Positions 35,801 through 48,457 of a stretch of 64,000 bases of DNA are shown here, in pieces; the first letter of the stretch is position 1; each line of letters opens with the position of its first letter. Made by a program: the position numbers and the translations under genes. The notes under the pieces were generated by a model that saw only the letters and a program-made list of their open reading frames with translations, searched no databases and was not told the origin of the DNA. This DNA comes from Macrostomum hystrix (lineage: Eukaryota > Animalia > Platyhelminthes): the NCBI GenBank assembly GCA_950097015.1, contig CATNEN010000007.1, positions 11,532,001-11,596,000 of the forward strand. Direction: 5' to 3'.

Positions 35801-37740
35801 CAGCTTTAATAATAATGGTAATTTTGCAGAGGCTGCGGGAGTAACGCATCAGTCAAGCCAGCGAGAAGGCCATTGCGTCAATTCCGCAAACCCTGAGCAC
35901 ACAGACAAGTAATTGCACACACTCACACAGAGTGTACACTTGCCTTGACTTTCTCATCGTTTGAGAGTGTACACACGCACTGGGCCTGGGGCTAAGTTGC
36001 TCTCATTGGCATTAATCGCACGACAAGCCTTACTTCTGAGCTAGGCTCCGAATGCGGAGCTCTGATAACCGATCCACAAATTTGCACCGTCCTCCGCCTT
36101 CATCAACACACCTTCAGTCAGCTTCCCTCTGCCCGAGAGTCCCGCCCTGCCCGCCAATCGCACCAGTTTGCTGTAGAGATCGGCGTTGATCTTAGAAGCG
36201 TCGATGGCGTCCTGCATGCTCGCCCGCCGTCGCTCCCGCCGGAACTCCCCGCCAGGACTGGCGACCTTGGCCCGGCCGCCAACGCCGCCGCCTCCGTCAG
36301 CCGCAGACATGGCCTTAGCTGGAGACTTCGATTCCGCTTCGTGCAGCGACGTCACAGAATTCTGGCCGGAGCCTTGGGCGTAGCGGACGCAATGTGCAGG
36401 AGAGGGAGTCGGTGAGGTGGGCTCGCTAAGCTGCGAGGTTAAAGCCGCTGGGCTTTTTGAGCAGGCCGGGCCTTTGATTCAGCCAATGGGATTGCAGCCC
36501 AGCTCAAACTCTCTCTCTGTTCCGCCCCTTGTCCTCTCCTCTCCCTATTTCCAATGCTTCATTCAATAAAATCGTCTGCTTTCTGCATTCTTAAAGAAAG
36601 AAGTTTTTGCAGCAGCAGCAGCGGCAGCGGCAGCAGCGGCAGCGGCAGTGGCTTAAAAGTCGGAAAGCGGGGCTTTTAGAAGAGTCGCAGCCTCCAGAGT
36701 GTTCCAGTCACATTTCCATGATCAAAGACTGGGCGGGAATGCCAGGCGCTTCCAGTCCCAAAGGCGACAATTCGATCCCCGGTGAAGGGGAGTGAGGAAA
36801 AGGGAATCGGGGAGTGACGGGGCCGCACGACAAGTGACTTCCCGTTTGCATCAATCATCGCGGCAGCTGAGGCGCGGGTGGGGCGAGGGGCGGCCCGAGC
36901 TCAGAACTTCAAGCTGAACTCCCTGGCACCGACTCCCACCGACTCACGTAGCTGCAAGGCTCAATCGACTCTCCTGTTTCACCTCGCCCGCCTCAAAGCG
37001 GACTGGCGGGGAGGGCGCCATCTTAGGGCACTGCTCCAGGTGAGAGAGCAGCGGCTGCTCAGGAATTCTAGTTACTACTCCAGGTGAGAGAGCCGCGGCT
37101 GCTCAGGCCTCCCAGTTACTGCTCCAGGTGAGAGAGCAGCGGAGTTGGTGCGGCAGCTCAGGCTGCCACAGCCGAGTCGCAAGCAATGGGACTGAGAATG
37201 GGGATAATCCGCCTATAGGGAAACGCGAGCTGCGCATACAAAGCGCATTTCCGCCTTCTGCCCGCTGCGTTTGCCCCTCCCGCCCCCCCCCAGCTGCTCA
37301 GCCTTCATCAGCATCCTCACTGAGTCCCGCTTCCTTGTCCCAGCTTCCTCGGCAGCGACCTGCCAATGCCAATTTCCTTTGTTCTCAGCTCAGCGCCTTC
37401 CCCCCATCCGGTATGTGTGAGCTTCCCTGCTGCGGCTGCAACTGCCCGCTGGATTTGCAAATGGAGAAGAACTCACGAATGAGAGTCCATTGCTGTGGCT
37501 TCACACACCGCCGGACTCACCCAAAATCTCCTGCATTCCCAGCACAGCATTGGCCAGGCTGAGTGCTCGCTTCCTCAGCGCCATGGGCACCGGACTGTTG
37601 CCGCGGGGACTCGGCGACTCCTGCACTGGAGAGGCTGCGTTGCGCGGACTCGGCGAGCTGTTGCTGAGGGCTGAGGAGGCGGGTGCAGTGGGTCGGCCAT
37701 TGTTGCTGAGGAGGCGGGTGCATTGGGGTGGCCATTGTTG
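32881..37740 (-). CDS. SYT: Synaptotagmin-family tandem-C2 protein. Exons: 37740(or 37705/37670)-37521, 36471-36164, 35314-34877 (C2A), 33454-33334 and 33200-32881 (C2B). Further upstream exons are likely (e.g. about 47010-46703)
   Basis: LGQLNFSVAY..LTVRVIQA, KKTLNP, VFDYD..LDD.LG, GDLMFSLSYLPAAKRLSVSIIKARNL, polybasic RKTKRKK, NPVWEEALVF and HWWNML..ARWHRL. Splice phases are consistent. No transmembrane exon was identified. Confidence 0.9.
33247..33300. repeat. (CATGA/CATGC)n pentanucleotide microsatellite in the last SYT intron
   Basis: Directly visible. Confidence 0.9.
34090..34790 (-). mobile_element. Probable Penelope-like element 3' remnant with a degenerate hammerhead, in a SYT intron
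   Basis: Minus-strand frameshifted IDISNHPK..KRERGV(K)LELYYK resembles the PLE GIY-YIG C-terminus (EAIEIxKHPxxxNRDxGxEL). Downstream GCTCTGAAGAGGATTGGGTTTCGTCGGGAGC resembles the PLE minimal hammerhead but lacks GAAA. Confidence 0.5.
34452..34758. repeat. 64-bp minisatellite, about 4.7 copies
   Basis: Unit CACTTCTCTCCCTCTTGTACAGTGCTTGGGGTGGTTGCTAATATCGATCGTGTCGCAGTTCCTC; starts at 34516 and 34580. Confidence 0.95.
35805..35992 (-). mobile_element. 3' part of a tRNA-derived SINE family copy
   Basis: Minus strand GTGTACAC..CGATGAGAAAGTCAAGGCAAGTGTACAC, TGTGTGCTCAGG and CGCAGCCTCTGCAAAATTA. Confidence 0.7.
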
Positions 37741-38822
37741 CTGAGGGTGGGTGAGGCGGGTGTGTTTATTTTTTAAACTGCGAGATGAGAAGTTTACCGC
37801 GGTAAATAGGCTTTGGACTGCACCTCGTGGCTTGTCCCTTGCCCAAATAGTTGCTTATCCCATTGTGCCATGTATCTGAAAGATTTGCGTACTAGCAATG
37901 GCAAGGATGTTATCATGTCATCTTGTCACGCGCGGAAATCATTAGGCTGCCATGGCTGACGACATCGGTCCCTCAAATGTGCACTGAATCGTGTGCAATC
38001 CTGCACTTCCCCATGACTTATTGAAAATAACTGACAACGCTCCCACAGTCTACTTTCAGTAGTGCAGCAGCTCATTCTGCCGGGCGCGAAGCGACAAGAT
38101 GTGAAACACGCCCAGCCAAGCCCGCTGCGACCCTGAGAGGTGAGTGGCGAGAGCCGGGACACGGGACTCGCAGGCATCAACAGGTCAATCAGGTGTGTCA
38201 GGTGTGTCACTGGAGCACGAGCGGGAGCAAGTTCGGCTGCACTTTTTCCCATGAGGGGAAGAGATTATCCCGCTACAAGAATCCCATTAGAGCGCACTTG
38301 CACAGCGCAATGAGTTATGAGCTCGCGGACTTGTGAGCAGAGCGGAATGAGGCGGCCCGGGTACGTGCCATCCCGCTGATGCGCCCTCGGTTCTTAATGA
38401 CAGAGCGGCAAACAGGTGTGCGGGCTGCGACTTCTGAGAATGTGAGTCTGAAATTGTGCTCAGAGAATCTGCGTGCGATGATGTGGCGGTAATTAACAGC
38501 ACTCGCGACTGGCTTTTGTCCACCTTTGCTGCCTTTCTGCCGCTCAACACACGAGGGTGCCTGGGCCTCCGCAGGACTCCAAGCTGCTGCTCCCATCCGC
38601 AACCTCAGCCAAAGCCACCTGTGATCCGGGGCTCGCGTGTCCCTCCTGCGGCTGCTGCCCGAGTGACAGAGCACACAGTTTAATCAGATCCTCCTTGGCT
38701 GATGTGAAGCTCTGATGCTGCGCTGATGAGAATCTCCCTTGTCTCTGCGGCACTTCTGAATTAATGAGGGGCCGGTCTCTCTTATTGTTGATTTAAGAGA
38801 ACACTGTCCTACTGCTCACTGT

Positions 38823-39042
38823 CCCTCTCACCCTCTCACCCTCTCACCCTCTCACCCTCTCACCCTCTCACCCTCTCACCCTCTCACCCTCTCACCCTCT
38901 CACCCTCTCACCCTCTCACCCTCTCACCCTCTCACCCTCTCACCCTCTCACCCTCTCACCCTCTCACCCTCTCACCCTCTCACCCTCTCACCCTCTCACC
39001 CTCTCACCCTCTCACCCTCTCACCCTCTCACCCTCTCACCCT
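38823..39042. repeat. (CCCTCTCA)n 8-bp array, about 27 copies
   Basis: Directly visible. Confidence 0.97.
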
Positions 39043-39397
39043 AACTCACACTGCCGATACCACTATCTCACTGTCGCTGCAGGTCTGTTTTGCTTCGTTA
39101 ACGGTGTGACTTGGCTGCAAGCGATGAGGCCCGCGACCTTCACAAGCGTGCAGCTCTGCCGAGGTGGCCGCCCGCGCTGCCCCTTTGGCCTTTGTCGCAC
39201 CCAGCCCACTCGCCTCCAAAACTCTCTCATCTCGCCGCTATCCGATACGCATGTTGGAGCAACTCTTGGTGTCTGTCCCACTAAGCCGCCTGGCCCGGCC
39301 CCCCACCTTGCTGGCCTGGCCGCCTCTGCTGCTCTGGCAGCCTCTCCCGCATCAGCACTTTAACAGTCTTACAAACTGCCTGTGATCACCGCTGCTC

Positions 39398-41245
39398 ACA
39401 TACCCCATATCCAACACCCACCGTTCCTAACATACGCCATATCTAACACCCACCGTTCCTAACATACCCCATATCTAACACCCACCGTTCCTAACATACC
39501 TCATATCTAACACCCACCGTTCCTAACACACCCCATATCTAACACCCACCGTTCCTAACATACCCCATATCTAACACCCACCGTTCCTAACATACCTCAT
39601 ATCTAACACCCACCGTTCCTAACATACCCCATATCTAACACCCACCGTTCCTAACATACCCCATATCTAACACCCACCGTTCCTAACATACCCCATATCT
39701 AACACCCACCGTTCCTAACATACCCCATATCTAACACCCACCGTTCCTAACATACCTCATATCTAACACCCACCGTTCCTAACATACCCCATATCTAACA
39801 CCCACCGTTCCTAACATACCCCATATCTAACACCCACCGTTCCTAACATACCCCATATCTAACACCCACCGTTCCTAACATACCCCATATCTAACACCCA
39901 CCGTTCCTAACATACCTCATATCCAACACAAACCGTTCCTAACATACCCCATATCTAACACCCACCGTTCCTAACATACCTCATATCCAACACCCACCGT
40001 TCCTAACATACCTCATATCTAACACCCACCGTTCCTAACATACCACATATCAAACACCCACCGTTCCTAACATACCCCATATCTAACACCCACCGTTCCT
40101 AACATACCCCATATCTAACACCCACCGTTCCTAACATACCTCATATCTAACACCCACCGTTCCTAACATACCCCATATCTAACACCCACCGTTCCTAACA
40201 TACCTCATATCTAACACCCACCGTTCCTAACATACCTCATATCTAACACCCACCGTTCCTAACATACCCCATATCTAACACCCACCGTTCCTAACATACC
40301 TGATATCTAACACCCACCGTTCCTAACATACCCCATATCTAACACACACCGTTCCTAACATACCCCATATCTAACACCCACCGTTCCTAACATACCTCAT
40401 ATCTAACACCCACCGTTCCTAACATACCCCATATCTAACACCCACCGTTCCTAACATACCTCATATCCAACACAAACCGTTCCTAACATACCCCATATCT
40501 AACACCCACCGTTCCTAACATACCCCATATCTAACACCCACCGTTCCTAACATACCCCATATCTAACACCCACCGTTCCTAACATACCCCATATCTAACA
40601 CCCACCGTTCCTAAAATACCCCATATCTAACACCCACCGTTCCTAACATACCCCATATCTAACACCCACCGTTCCTAACATACCCCATATCTAACACCCA
40701 CCGTTCCTAACATACCCCATATCTAACACCCACCGTTCCTAACATACCCCATATCTAACACCCACCGTTCCTAACATACCCCATATCTAACACCCACCGT
40801 TCCTAACATACCCCATATCTAACACCCACCGTTCCTAACATACCCCATATCTAACACCCACCGTTCCTAACATACCCCATATCTAACACCCACCGTTCCT
40901 AACATACCCCATGTCTAACACCCACCGTTCCTAACATACCCCATATCTAACACCCACCGTTCCTAACATACCCCATATCTAACACCCACCGTTCCTAACA
41001 TACCCCATATCTAACACCCACCGTTCCTAACATACCCCATATCTAACACCCACCGTTCCTAACATACCCCATATCTAACACCCACCGTTCCTAACATACC
41101 CTATATCTAACACCCACCGTTCCTAACATACCCCATATCTAACACCCACCGTTCCTAACATACCCCATGTCTAACACCCACCGTTCCTAACATACCCCAT
41201 GTCTAACACCCACCGTTCCTAACATACCCCATGTCTAACACCCAC
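39398..41245. repeat. 32-bp minisatellite (CATATCTAACACCCACCGTTCCTAACATACCC), about 58 copies
   Basis: Period 32 measured at 39541/39573. Confidence 0.97.
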
Positions 41246-41771
41246 AGTCTAAAATGCCATTTTTTCGAACACTCATTGTTTCTGATGTTGGATATAGTTC
41301 ATTTTCCACTCACTTCTACTTCCACTTCCTCTATCCCCTTTCTTTTCGCTTTCTCCCCCCACTGTCTCTCCTACCCCGGGTTCCCCTCCCAGCCGGTCTC
41401 CGGCTGTTTGTGGTCGATGTTCTAACACGAGTCTCTGGGAGCTGTGCTGCATGAAAGCAGTGCCCGCTCACTCTCTCCCGGACAGAAATCAATGCTTGCT
41501 GGAGCTGCTCAGGGCCACTTTGCGTGCGAGCACCTGCCCCAGCCTCCCCGCCTCATCCCGTCCCCCGAGCCAGCGTGGAAAGGCAACTCAGTTGGAAAAA
41601 TTGAGAAAAACAAAATAATATTCAAAAGCGGGGGTCGCCAGAGCTGGATTGCTTTAATGTAGCTGGCCAGGTTTGAGTTCCTTTGAGCATGGCAAGGATG
41701 GGACGGCCGGCTTGTTGAGGCTGAAGAGGCTATCGGAGATTTAGTAGCGAAAAATGCCGAATGCACTTCGG

Positions 41772-43082
41772 ACTGGCTCAGTAATGCTGGCTCATGATTG
41801 TATTCTAGAAGCCCGCACTGGCTCAGTAATGCTGGCTCATGATTGTATTCTAGAAGCCCGCACTGGCTCAGTAATGCTGGCTCATGATTGTATTCTAGAA
41901 GCCCGCACTGGCTCAGTAATGCTGACTCATGATTGTATTCTAGAAGCCCGCACTGGCTCAGTAATGCTGACTCATGATTGTATTCTAGAAGCCCGCACTG
42001 GCTCAGTAATGCTGGCTCATGATTGTATTCTAGAAGCCCGCACTGGCTCAGTAATGCTGGCTCATGATTGTATTCTAGAAGCCCGCACTGGCTCAGTAAT
42101 GCTGACTCATGATTGTATTCTAGAAGCCCGCACTGGCTCAGTAATGCTGGCTCATGATTGTATTCTAGAAGCCCGCACTGGCTCAGTAATGCTGACTCAT
42201 GATTGTATTCTAGAAGCCCGCACTGGATCAGTAATGCTGGCTCATGATTGTTTTCTAGAAGCCCGCACTGGCTCAGTAATGCTGGCTCATGATTGTATTC
42301 TAGAAGCCCGCACTGGCTCAGTAATGCTGGCTCATGATTGTATTCTAGAAGCCCGCACTGGCTCAGTAATGCTGGCTCATGATTGTATTCTAGAAGCCCG
42401 CACTGGCTCAGTAATGCTGACTCATGATTGTATTCTAGAAGCCCGCACTGGCTCAGTAATGCTGGCTCATGATTGTATTCTAGAAGCCCGCACTGGCTCA
42501 GTAATGCTGGCTCATGATTGTATTCTAGAAGCCCGCACTGGCTCAGTAATGCTGGCTCATTATTGTTTTCTAGAAGCCCGCACTGGCTCAGTAATGCTGG
42601 CTCATGATTGTATTCTAGAAGCCCGCACTGGCTCAGTAATGCTGGCTCATGATTGTATTCTAGAAGCCCGCACTGGCTCAGTAATGCTGACTCATGATTG
42701 TATTCTAGAAGCGCGCACTGGCTCAGTAATGCTGACTCATGATTGTATTCTAGAAGCCCGCACTGGCTCAGTAATGCTGGCTCATGATTGTATTCTAGAA
42801 GCCCGCACTGGCTCAGTAATGCTGGCTCATGATTGTATTCTAGAAGCCCGCACTGGCTCAGTAATGCTGGCTCATTATTGTTTTCTAGAAGCCCGCACTG
42901 GCTCAGTAATGCTGGCTCATTATTGTATTCTAGAAGCCCGCACTGGCTCAGTAATGCTGGCTCATGATTGTATTCTAGAAGCCCGCACTGGCTCAGTAAT
43001 GCTGGCTCATGATTGTATTCTAGAAGCCCGCACTGGCTCAGTAATGCTGGCTCATGATTGTATTCTAGAAGCCCGCACTGGC
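41772..43082. repeat. 45-bp minisatellite (ACTGGCTCAGTAATGCTGGCTCATGATTGTATTCTAGAAGCCCGC), about 29 copies
   Basis: Directly visible; 15-aa periodicity in the ORF track. Confidence 0.97.
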
Positions 43083-43527
43083 GAAAGTCCGCGCTAATAT
43101 CAACGGTGCCAAATGACAAATGCATTTTCACCTGGGACTTGTCGGCCAGTTGCTCAACTGAGATGTGAGTGCTGAAATAGCCACCGCTTCGGCTGCTGTG
43201 CTAGTTGGCAGCGGTTTGTGAATGCCTGATGAGCTGAGGGCTGGGGCAAAACTCGCAAAATTGATCGCTCGACAGCGCGAGTAATCGGAGGGGCTGCGAG
43301 ACGGCCGGGCGGCAACAGGACCCGAGGCGGGTGCTCAGGGCCGGCTGGAGGGGCCTGGAGTGCTCCCCGAGGTGTGGACCGAAATTTCATTCTCGCGTGT
43401 CGATTCCGGAAATCCATTACGCCAAGTTCGCTACATGAAATTTCGATGCCCGGGGAGTTGAGAAACTTTGAGGAACAAGATGGGCCTTCTGGACTTCACT
43501 GATGGCGCAAAATAGCATTTTGCAAAT

Positions 43528-44800
43528 TGATCCCATCTGGATAACTGGGGAGTATTTCTGTAGCAGACTGATCCCATCTAGATAACTGGGGAGTTTCTGT
43601 AGCAGACTGATCCCATCTAGATAACTGGGGAGTATTTGTGTAGCAGACTGATCCCATCCTGGATAAATGATGGGGATTTGTGTAGCAGACTGATCCCATC
43701 CTGGATAAATGATGGGGATTTGAGTAGCAGACTGATCCCATCCTGGATAAATGATGGGGATTTGTGTAGCAGACTGATCCCATCCTGGATAAATGATGGG
43801 GATTTGTGTAGCAGACTGATCCCATCCTGGATAAATGATGGGGATTTGTGTAGCAGACTGATCCCATCCTGGATAAATGATGGGGATTTGAGTAGCAGAC
43901 TGATCCCATCCTGGATAAATGATGGGGATTTGTGTAGCAGACTGATCCCATCCTGGATAAATGATGGGGATTTGAGTAGCAGACTGATCCCATCCTGGAT
44001 AAATGATGGGGATTTGAGTAGCAGACTGATCCCATCCTGGATAAATGTTGGGGATTTGAGTTGCAGACTGATCCCATTCTGGATAAATGATGGGGATTTG
44101 AGTAGCAGACTGATCCCATCCTGGATAAATGATAGGGATTTGTGTAGCAGACTGATCCCATCCTGGATAAATGATAGGGATTTGTGTAGCAGACTGATCC
44201 CATCCTGGATAAATGATAGGGATTTGTGTAGCAGACTGATCCCATCCTGGATAAATGATAGGGATTTGTGTAGCAGACTGATCCCATCCTGGATAAATGA
44301 TGGGGATTTGAGTAGCAGACTGATCCCATCCTGGATAAATGATAGGGATTTGTGTAGCAGACTGATCCCATCCTGGATAAATGATAGGGATTTGTGTAGC
44401 AGACTGATCCCATCCTGGATAAATGATAGGGATTTGTGTAGCAGACTGATCCCATCCTGGATAAATGATGGGGATTTGAGTAGCAGACTGATCCCATCCT
44501 GGATAAATGATGGGGATTTGAGTAGCAGACTGATCCCATCCTGGATAAATGATGGGGATTTGTGTAGCAGACTGATCCCATCCTGGATAAATGATAGGGA
44601 TTTGTGTAGCAGACTGATCCCATCCTGGATAAATGATGGGGATTTGTGTAGCAGACTGATCCCATCCTGGATAAATGATGGGGATTTGAGTAGCAGACTG
44701 ATCCCATCCTGGATAAATGATGGGGATTTGAGTAGCAGACTGATCCTATCCTGGAAAAATGATGGGGATTTCTGTACCAGACTGATCCCATCCTGGATTC
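43528..44800. repeat. 39-bp minisatellite (GTAGCAGACTGATCCCATCCTGGATAAATGATGGGGATTT-type), about 30 copies plus 3 diverged shorter units at the left edge
   Basis: Directly visible; 13-aa periodicity. Confidence 0.97.
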
Positions 44801-45566
44801 CATCATTGGCAATCCATCCCTGGTGGCATCTCCCTCTTTGCGGGCGGTGGCAGGCGGGCGGGGCGGCAACAGGCTGGGATGCGGTTCGGAGCTGAGCACA
44901 GAGTGCTCAGAGTCAGAAAGGCCGATTGGCATGGAACGCCAAAATTCCCTTTGAGTTGCTGGAGATGCCTTCCCGGCTCCTTCTCGGGCCCATCAAGTTG
45001 AAACTTTTCGATGGCGGGCTCATTAACTCCCACGAGGGGAGGCCACAGATCGCTTATGTGGGGAGGCCTCATCCTGAGCTAAGAAGCTGGCCTATGCGTC
45101 CACTGCTCAAGGCCGATCCCTGAGCTCCGAGCTCAGAGTGGGACCTGGCGGAGTTGGGGTGGGGCACTAATTAGCCTTCGAGTTGCCAGCCGGAAAGGTG
45201 AAGCTGCATGTTGCAAGGAATGGATATCACTAGAGAGCGGAGTGGATTTCAGGGCCCACCGGTTCGCTCAGTTAAACGACTTGTCTTCGCCGACAAGGAG
45301 CGACCAAGGAGTGCGATGAAAGAATGAGACGCCTGCGAGTTCAGCTTGGCTGCGGTCTCTCGCAGGAAGAGAAAACCCTGCTAGACTTGAAAGCGCTGAG
45401 TTCGGTGCGACTCAAATCTTTGATTAGCTCGCTTGCACAAAAAACCTGCTCAAGACTTTGAAGACTTTGAGAACGACTCAACAGAGAAATTTGAGTAAGC
45501 ATTGGGACACGAAAACTCATTCGAAATGGAAGCACCGGATTGGAACGAGTAGACACGGTTGGTGCT

Positions 45567-45992
45567 GGACAGGAATGGACTGGAATGGACTGGAATGGAC
45601 TGGAATGGACTGGAATGGACAGGAATGAATAGGCGAGGGGCAGGAGCGAAACAGGATCTGGACAGGATCGGTCGGGACATGATCGGAGCAGGAGCGGGAC
45701 AGGAGCGGGACAGGAGCAGGACAGGAGCGGGACAGGAGCGGGACAGGAGCGGGACAGGAGCGGGACAGGAGCGGGACAGGAGCGGGACAGGAGTGGGACA
45801 GGAGCGGGACAGGAGCGGGACAGGAGCGGGACAGGAGCGGGACAGGAGCGGGACAGGAGCGGGACAGGAGCGGGACAGGAGCGGGACAGGAGCGGGACAG
45901 GAGCGGGACAGGAGCGGGACAGGAGCGGGACAGGAGCGGGACAGGAGCGGGACAGGAGCGGGACAGGAGCGGGACAGGAGCGGGACAGGATC
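45567..45992. repeat. (GGAATGGACT)n followed by an 11-bp (GGGACAGGAGC)n array of about 27 copies
   Basis: Directly visible; related to the arrays at 57640 and 60450. Confidence 0.95.
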
Positions 45993-46702
45993 GGGGCAGC
46001 GCAGGTCTTAGCGAGTGAAAGGGCAGACCAGAGCGGGCGGTTGCGCACTGGTAACAGCTCGGCTGTGAAGGCGCATGAAAGATGAATGCGCAGGGGCCCA
46101 GGGCCGGCTCTTCTTAGAACAATTTTCAGCCTTTGTGCACTGCCTCCCCCTGGGTCCTTCGTCGCAACCCTGTCCAAAAATCGAGATGCAGACTATGCGT
46201 TCCGCCTATCCCTCATAGCTGCCTGTGTGAGCAGTTCTGACTTGAGCCAGACTTGAAAAAGTCAAGTTTCCAAATTTCGTGCTGAGACTCTGATGAGCAA
46301 CTGCCAGTATTCTGCCCTCCCGTCAGCTCGCATGCCTGCAGGCCATTATCACCTTTGTTTTGAGAAAACGCCAATTGCACCGAGAGATGCTCAGCTCAGC
46401 GACAACCTGAGGATGCGGATTATCGCTCATTAGTTCTCAGCGCCTTCCCATCGATCCGCCGATTCCCTCCGTTACCCTCAGCTGCCTTCTCAGCTGCTAA
46501 AAGTGCAAGCAAACGCGAGGGCGAAAGACAGATGCACCCATAATAAGAAGTCAGAGAAGCAACTCCTTGAAAGGGAGTGAAAGCAGATGCCCTTGAAAAT
46601 GCGAAAACTGACGAACGTACCTTGAACACTTTCCCACTCCTTTGAGACTCACACCTTGAGACTTCTCCCACTCCATTGATAAAAATGCTTATCGGCGCCT
46701 AC

Positions 46703-47010
46703 CTGGCGGGGGCTGTCGGGCCAGGCGAACCTGCATGATGCGCAGGTCGCGCAGCGAGTCCTCCAGGCGCTTGTCGAACACCTCGGACTGGCCGGGCGCC
46801 GGAGTGGCGAATCTGCGCCTGCGCAACGGCGACAACGAAGTGGCGTCCGAGAAGCTCGACCGCTTCGGAGCCAGCCGGGTTGGGTCGCTGACGGAGCCAG
46901 CGCCGCTGCCACCAGGGCCGTCGCCGCCTCCTACGCTGGAGTCGCCGCAGCCGCTCTGATGCGTCCCGACGCCACGGAAGCTGGAGCAGCGCCTTCCGCT
47001 GCTTGCGCTG
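46703..47010 (-). CDS. Candidate upstream Ser/Gly-rich exon, probably of the synaptotagmin-family gene
   Basis: GC-rich open frame ...KRSSFSDATSLSPLRRRRF..KRLEDSLRDLRIMQ.. with a phase-1 donor CAG|GTAGGC at 46702, compatible with an acceptor at 37671. Confidence 0.4.
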
Positions 47011-48457
47011 GACAACTGATGCATTCACGCCTCCAAGCAAGTTCTCAACCGGCCAGGGAAGATTATGCTCAATTAGGAGCAGCAACTCAAACAGTTGCCT
47101 TACCTGCTATCTTTATCGGCAGCGCCAAACAAGCTGGGGGGACAGTTAGAGATACACGGATTGGACGGTGAGGAGGCGAGCCCACTACAGGAAGGCTGCG
47201 TGTTGAGTTTGCATGCCAGTTTTCAAAAGAAGTCCAGCCTCGCCCCGGACCTGCTCCGCCCCTCATTGGCTGCAGGCGGGGCAGGTCCCGGCGGGCGGAG
47301 ACAGCGGGCGAGAGACACCACAAGGGACGGGCAGCAAAAGCCGAGATGAGTCGGGGCAAAAACAGGCAGAAAGCCGTTCCCCCGAGTTAGGGAAGTTTCC
47401 TTTCGCCCTCATCTGCGACTTCCCCTCCACTCTCGTATTTTACTCTCATACTCGCTGGCGTACTCTGGCTGCTTCTGCGGGCTCAGCTGCATCAGGCGCA
47501 TCTCCGCCTTTGTTGTTCGCCCCGCGAGATGCGGAGAAGTGCGACTCGCGGCTAACCAGCTGCTAGATGTCGCTCACAGTGTGATGAGACATGCGGGCTT
47601 AGCCCCTGCCCATCATGCCGCCCAGGCCTAGCCCAGTGTTTGATTTCTGGAGGTACCTGTTGTGTTGCGGTTTCATTTGTTTTTTTAGACTCGCCCGATT
47701 GGGCCTGCCAGTCATTTGTGAGCAGCTGACCGGTACCAATGCAATGAGTATCCCGCATGTATTTGGGCGAGTGGCTTGAACCGGTAATTAGAAAGTGCAC
47801 AGTTTGCCAGCGCGAATCCGCCATTTCCCTGGGCTTCAAAAGATTTCGTGAATTTCGCGAGATCGCTTCGGTCTTAGCGCTCTGAAGCTGGGTCTCGCAG
47901 ACTCCCCCCGGACCCCGCTCACACCCACCCTACTCAGCCTCCGCTAATCCGCCAGGCGAGCCTCTGTTATCCCGGGCAAAATATTCCTCAGCTGCTCAAC
48001 CGTGAGGCACTCTGGAGAAGATTAGCTCACCTGGCTTCTGCTCGTTAATGCGGGCCTTCTGTCCTCCGTTCGAATAGTTGACGCCGGCTGGCCCGAGCTG
48101 GAGACTGTCGGGCTGAGAAGGGCGTTCTCTGAGCATTCTCTGAGCATGCGGCTCGCTTAATCTTAGCCAGCCGAGGAAAATCGCTGAGAAATACACCTGA
48201 AGCAGCTCCTTGCTTACAGCGGACTTGAAGCAAAGCCACTTTGCATTTAACAAATAACGATAAAGTTAAATCGCATTGTCACTGCGTGTCTTATGAATAA
48301 TGTCACAGTACAGAAATGCATTTTAACTCACTATTCACCACTAGAGGCTCTCCAATGTTCTACCTGTGAGACTCGAACTTACCACCAACCAACCGCTGGA
48401 ACTGCCTCCAAACTGGTGACAATTTTCAAGACGTTACTGCAATTGCAAATTGCTCAC

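Noticed and set aside
39398-41245. Telomeric repeat (GTTAGG on the minus strand)
   Set aside because: The motif is embedded once per 32-bp unit and is not a TTAGGG/TTAGG run.
41509-44932. Long ORFs (540, 447, 478 and 419 aa) on both strands as repetitive structural proteins
   Set aside because: They arise from 45- and 39-bp (3n) minisatellites. Both strands are open, the variants I checked in the 45-bp array change amino acids in both frames, and there is no signal peptide or convincing exon context.
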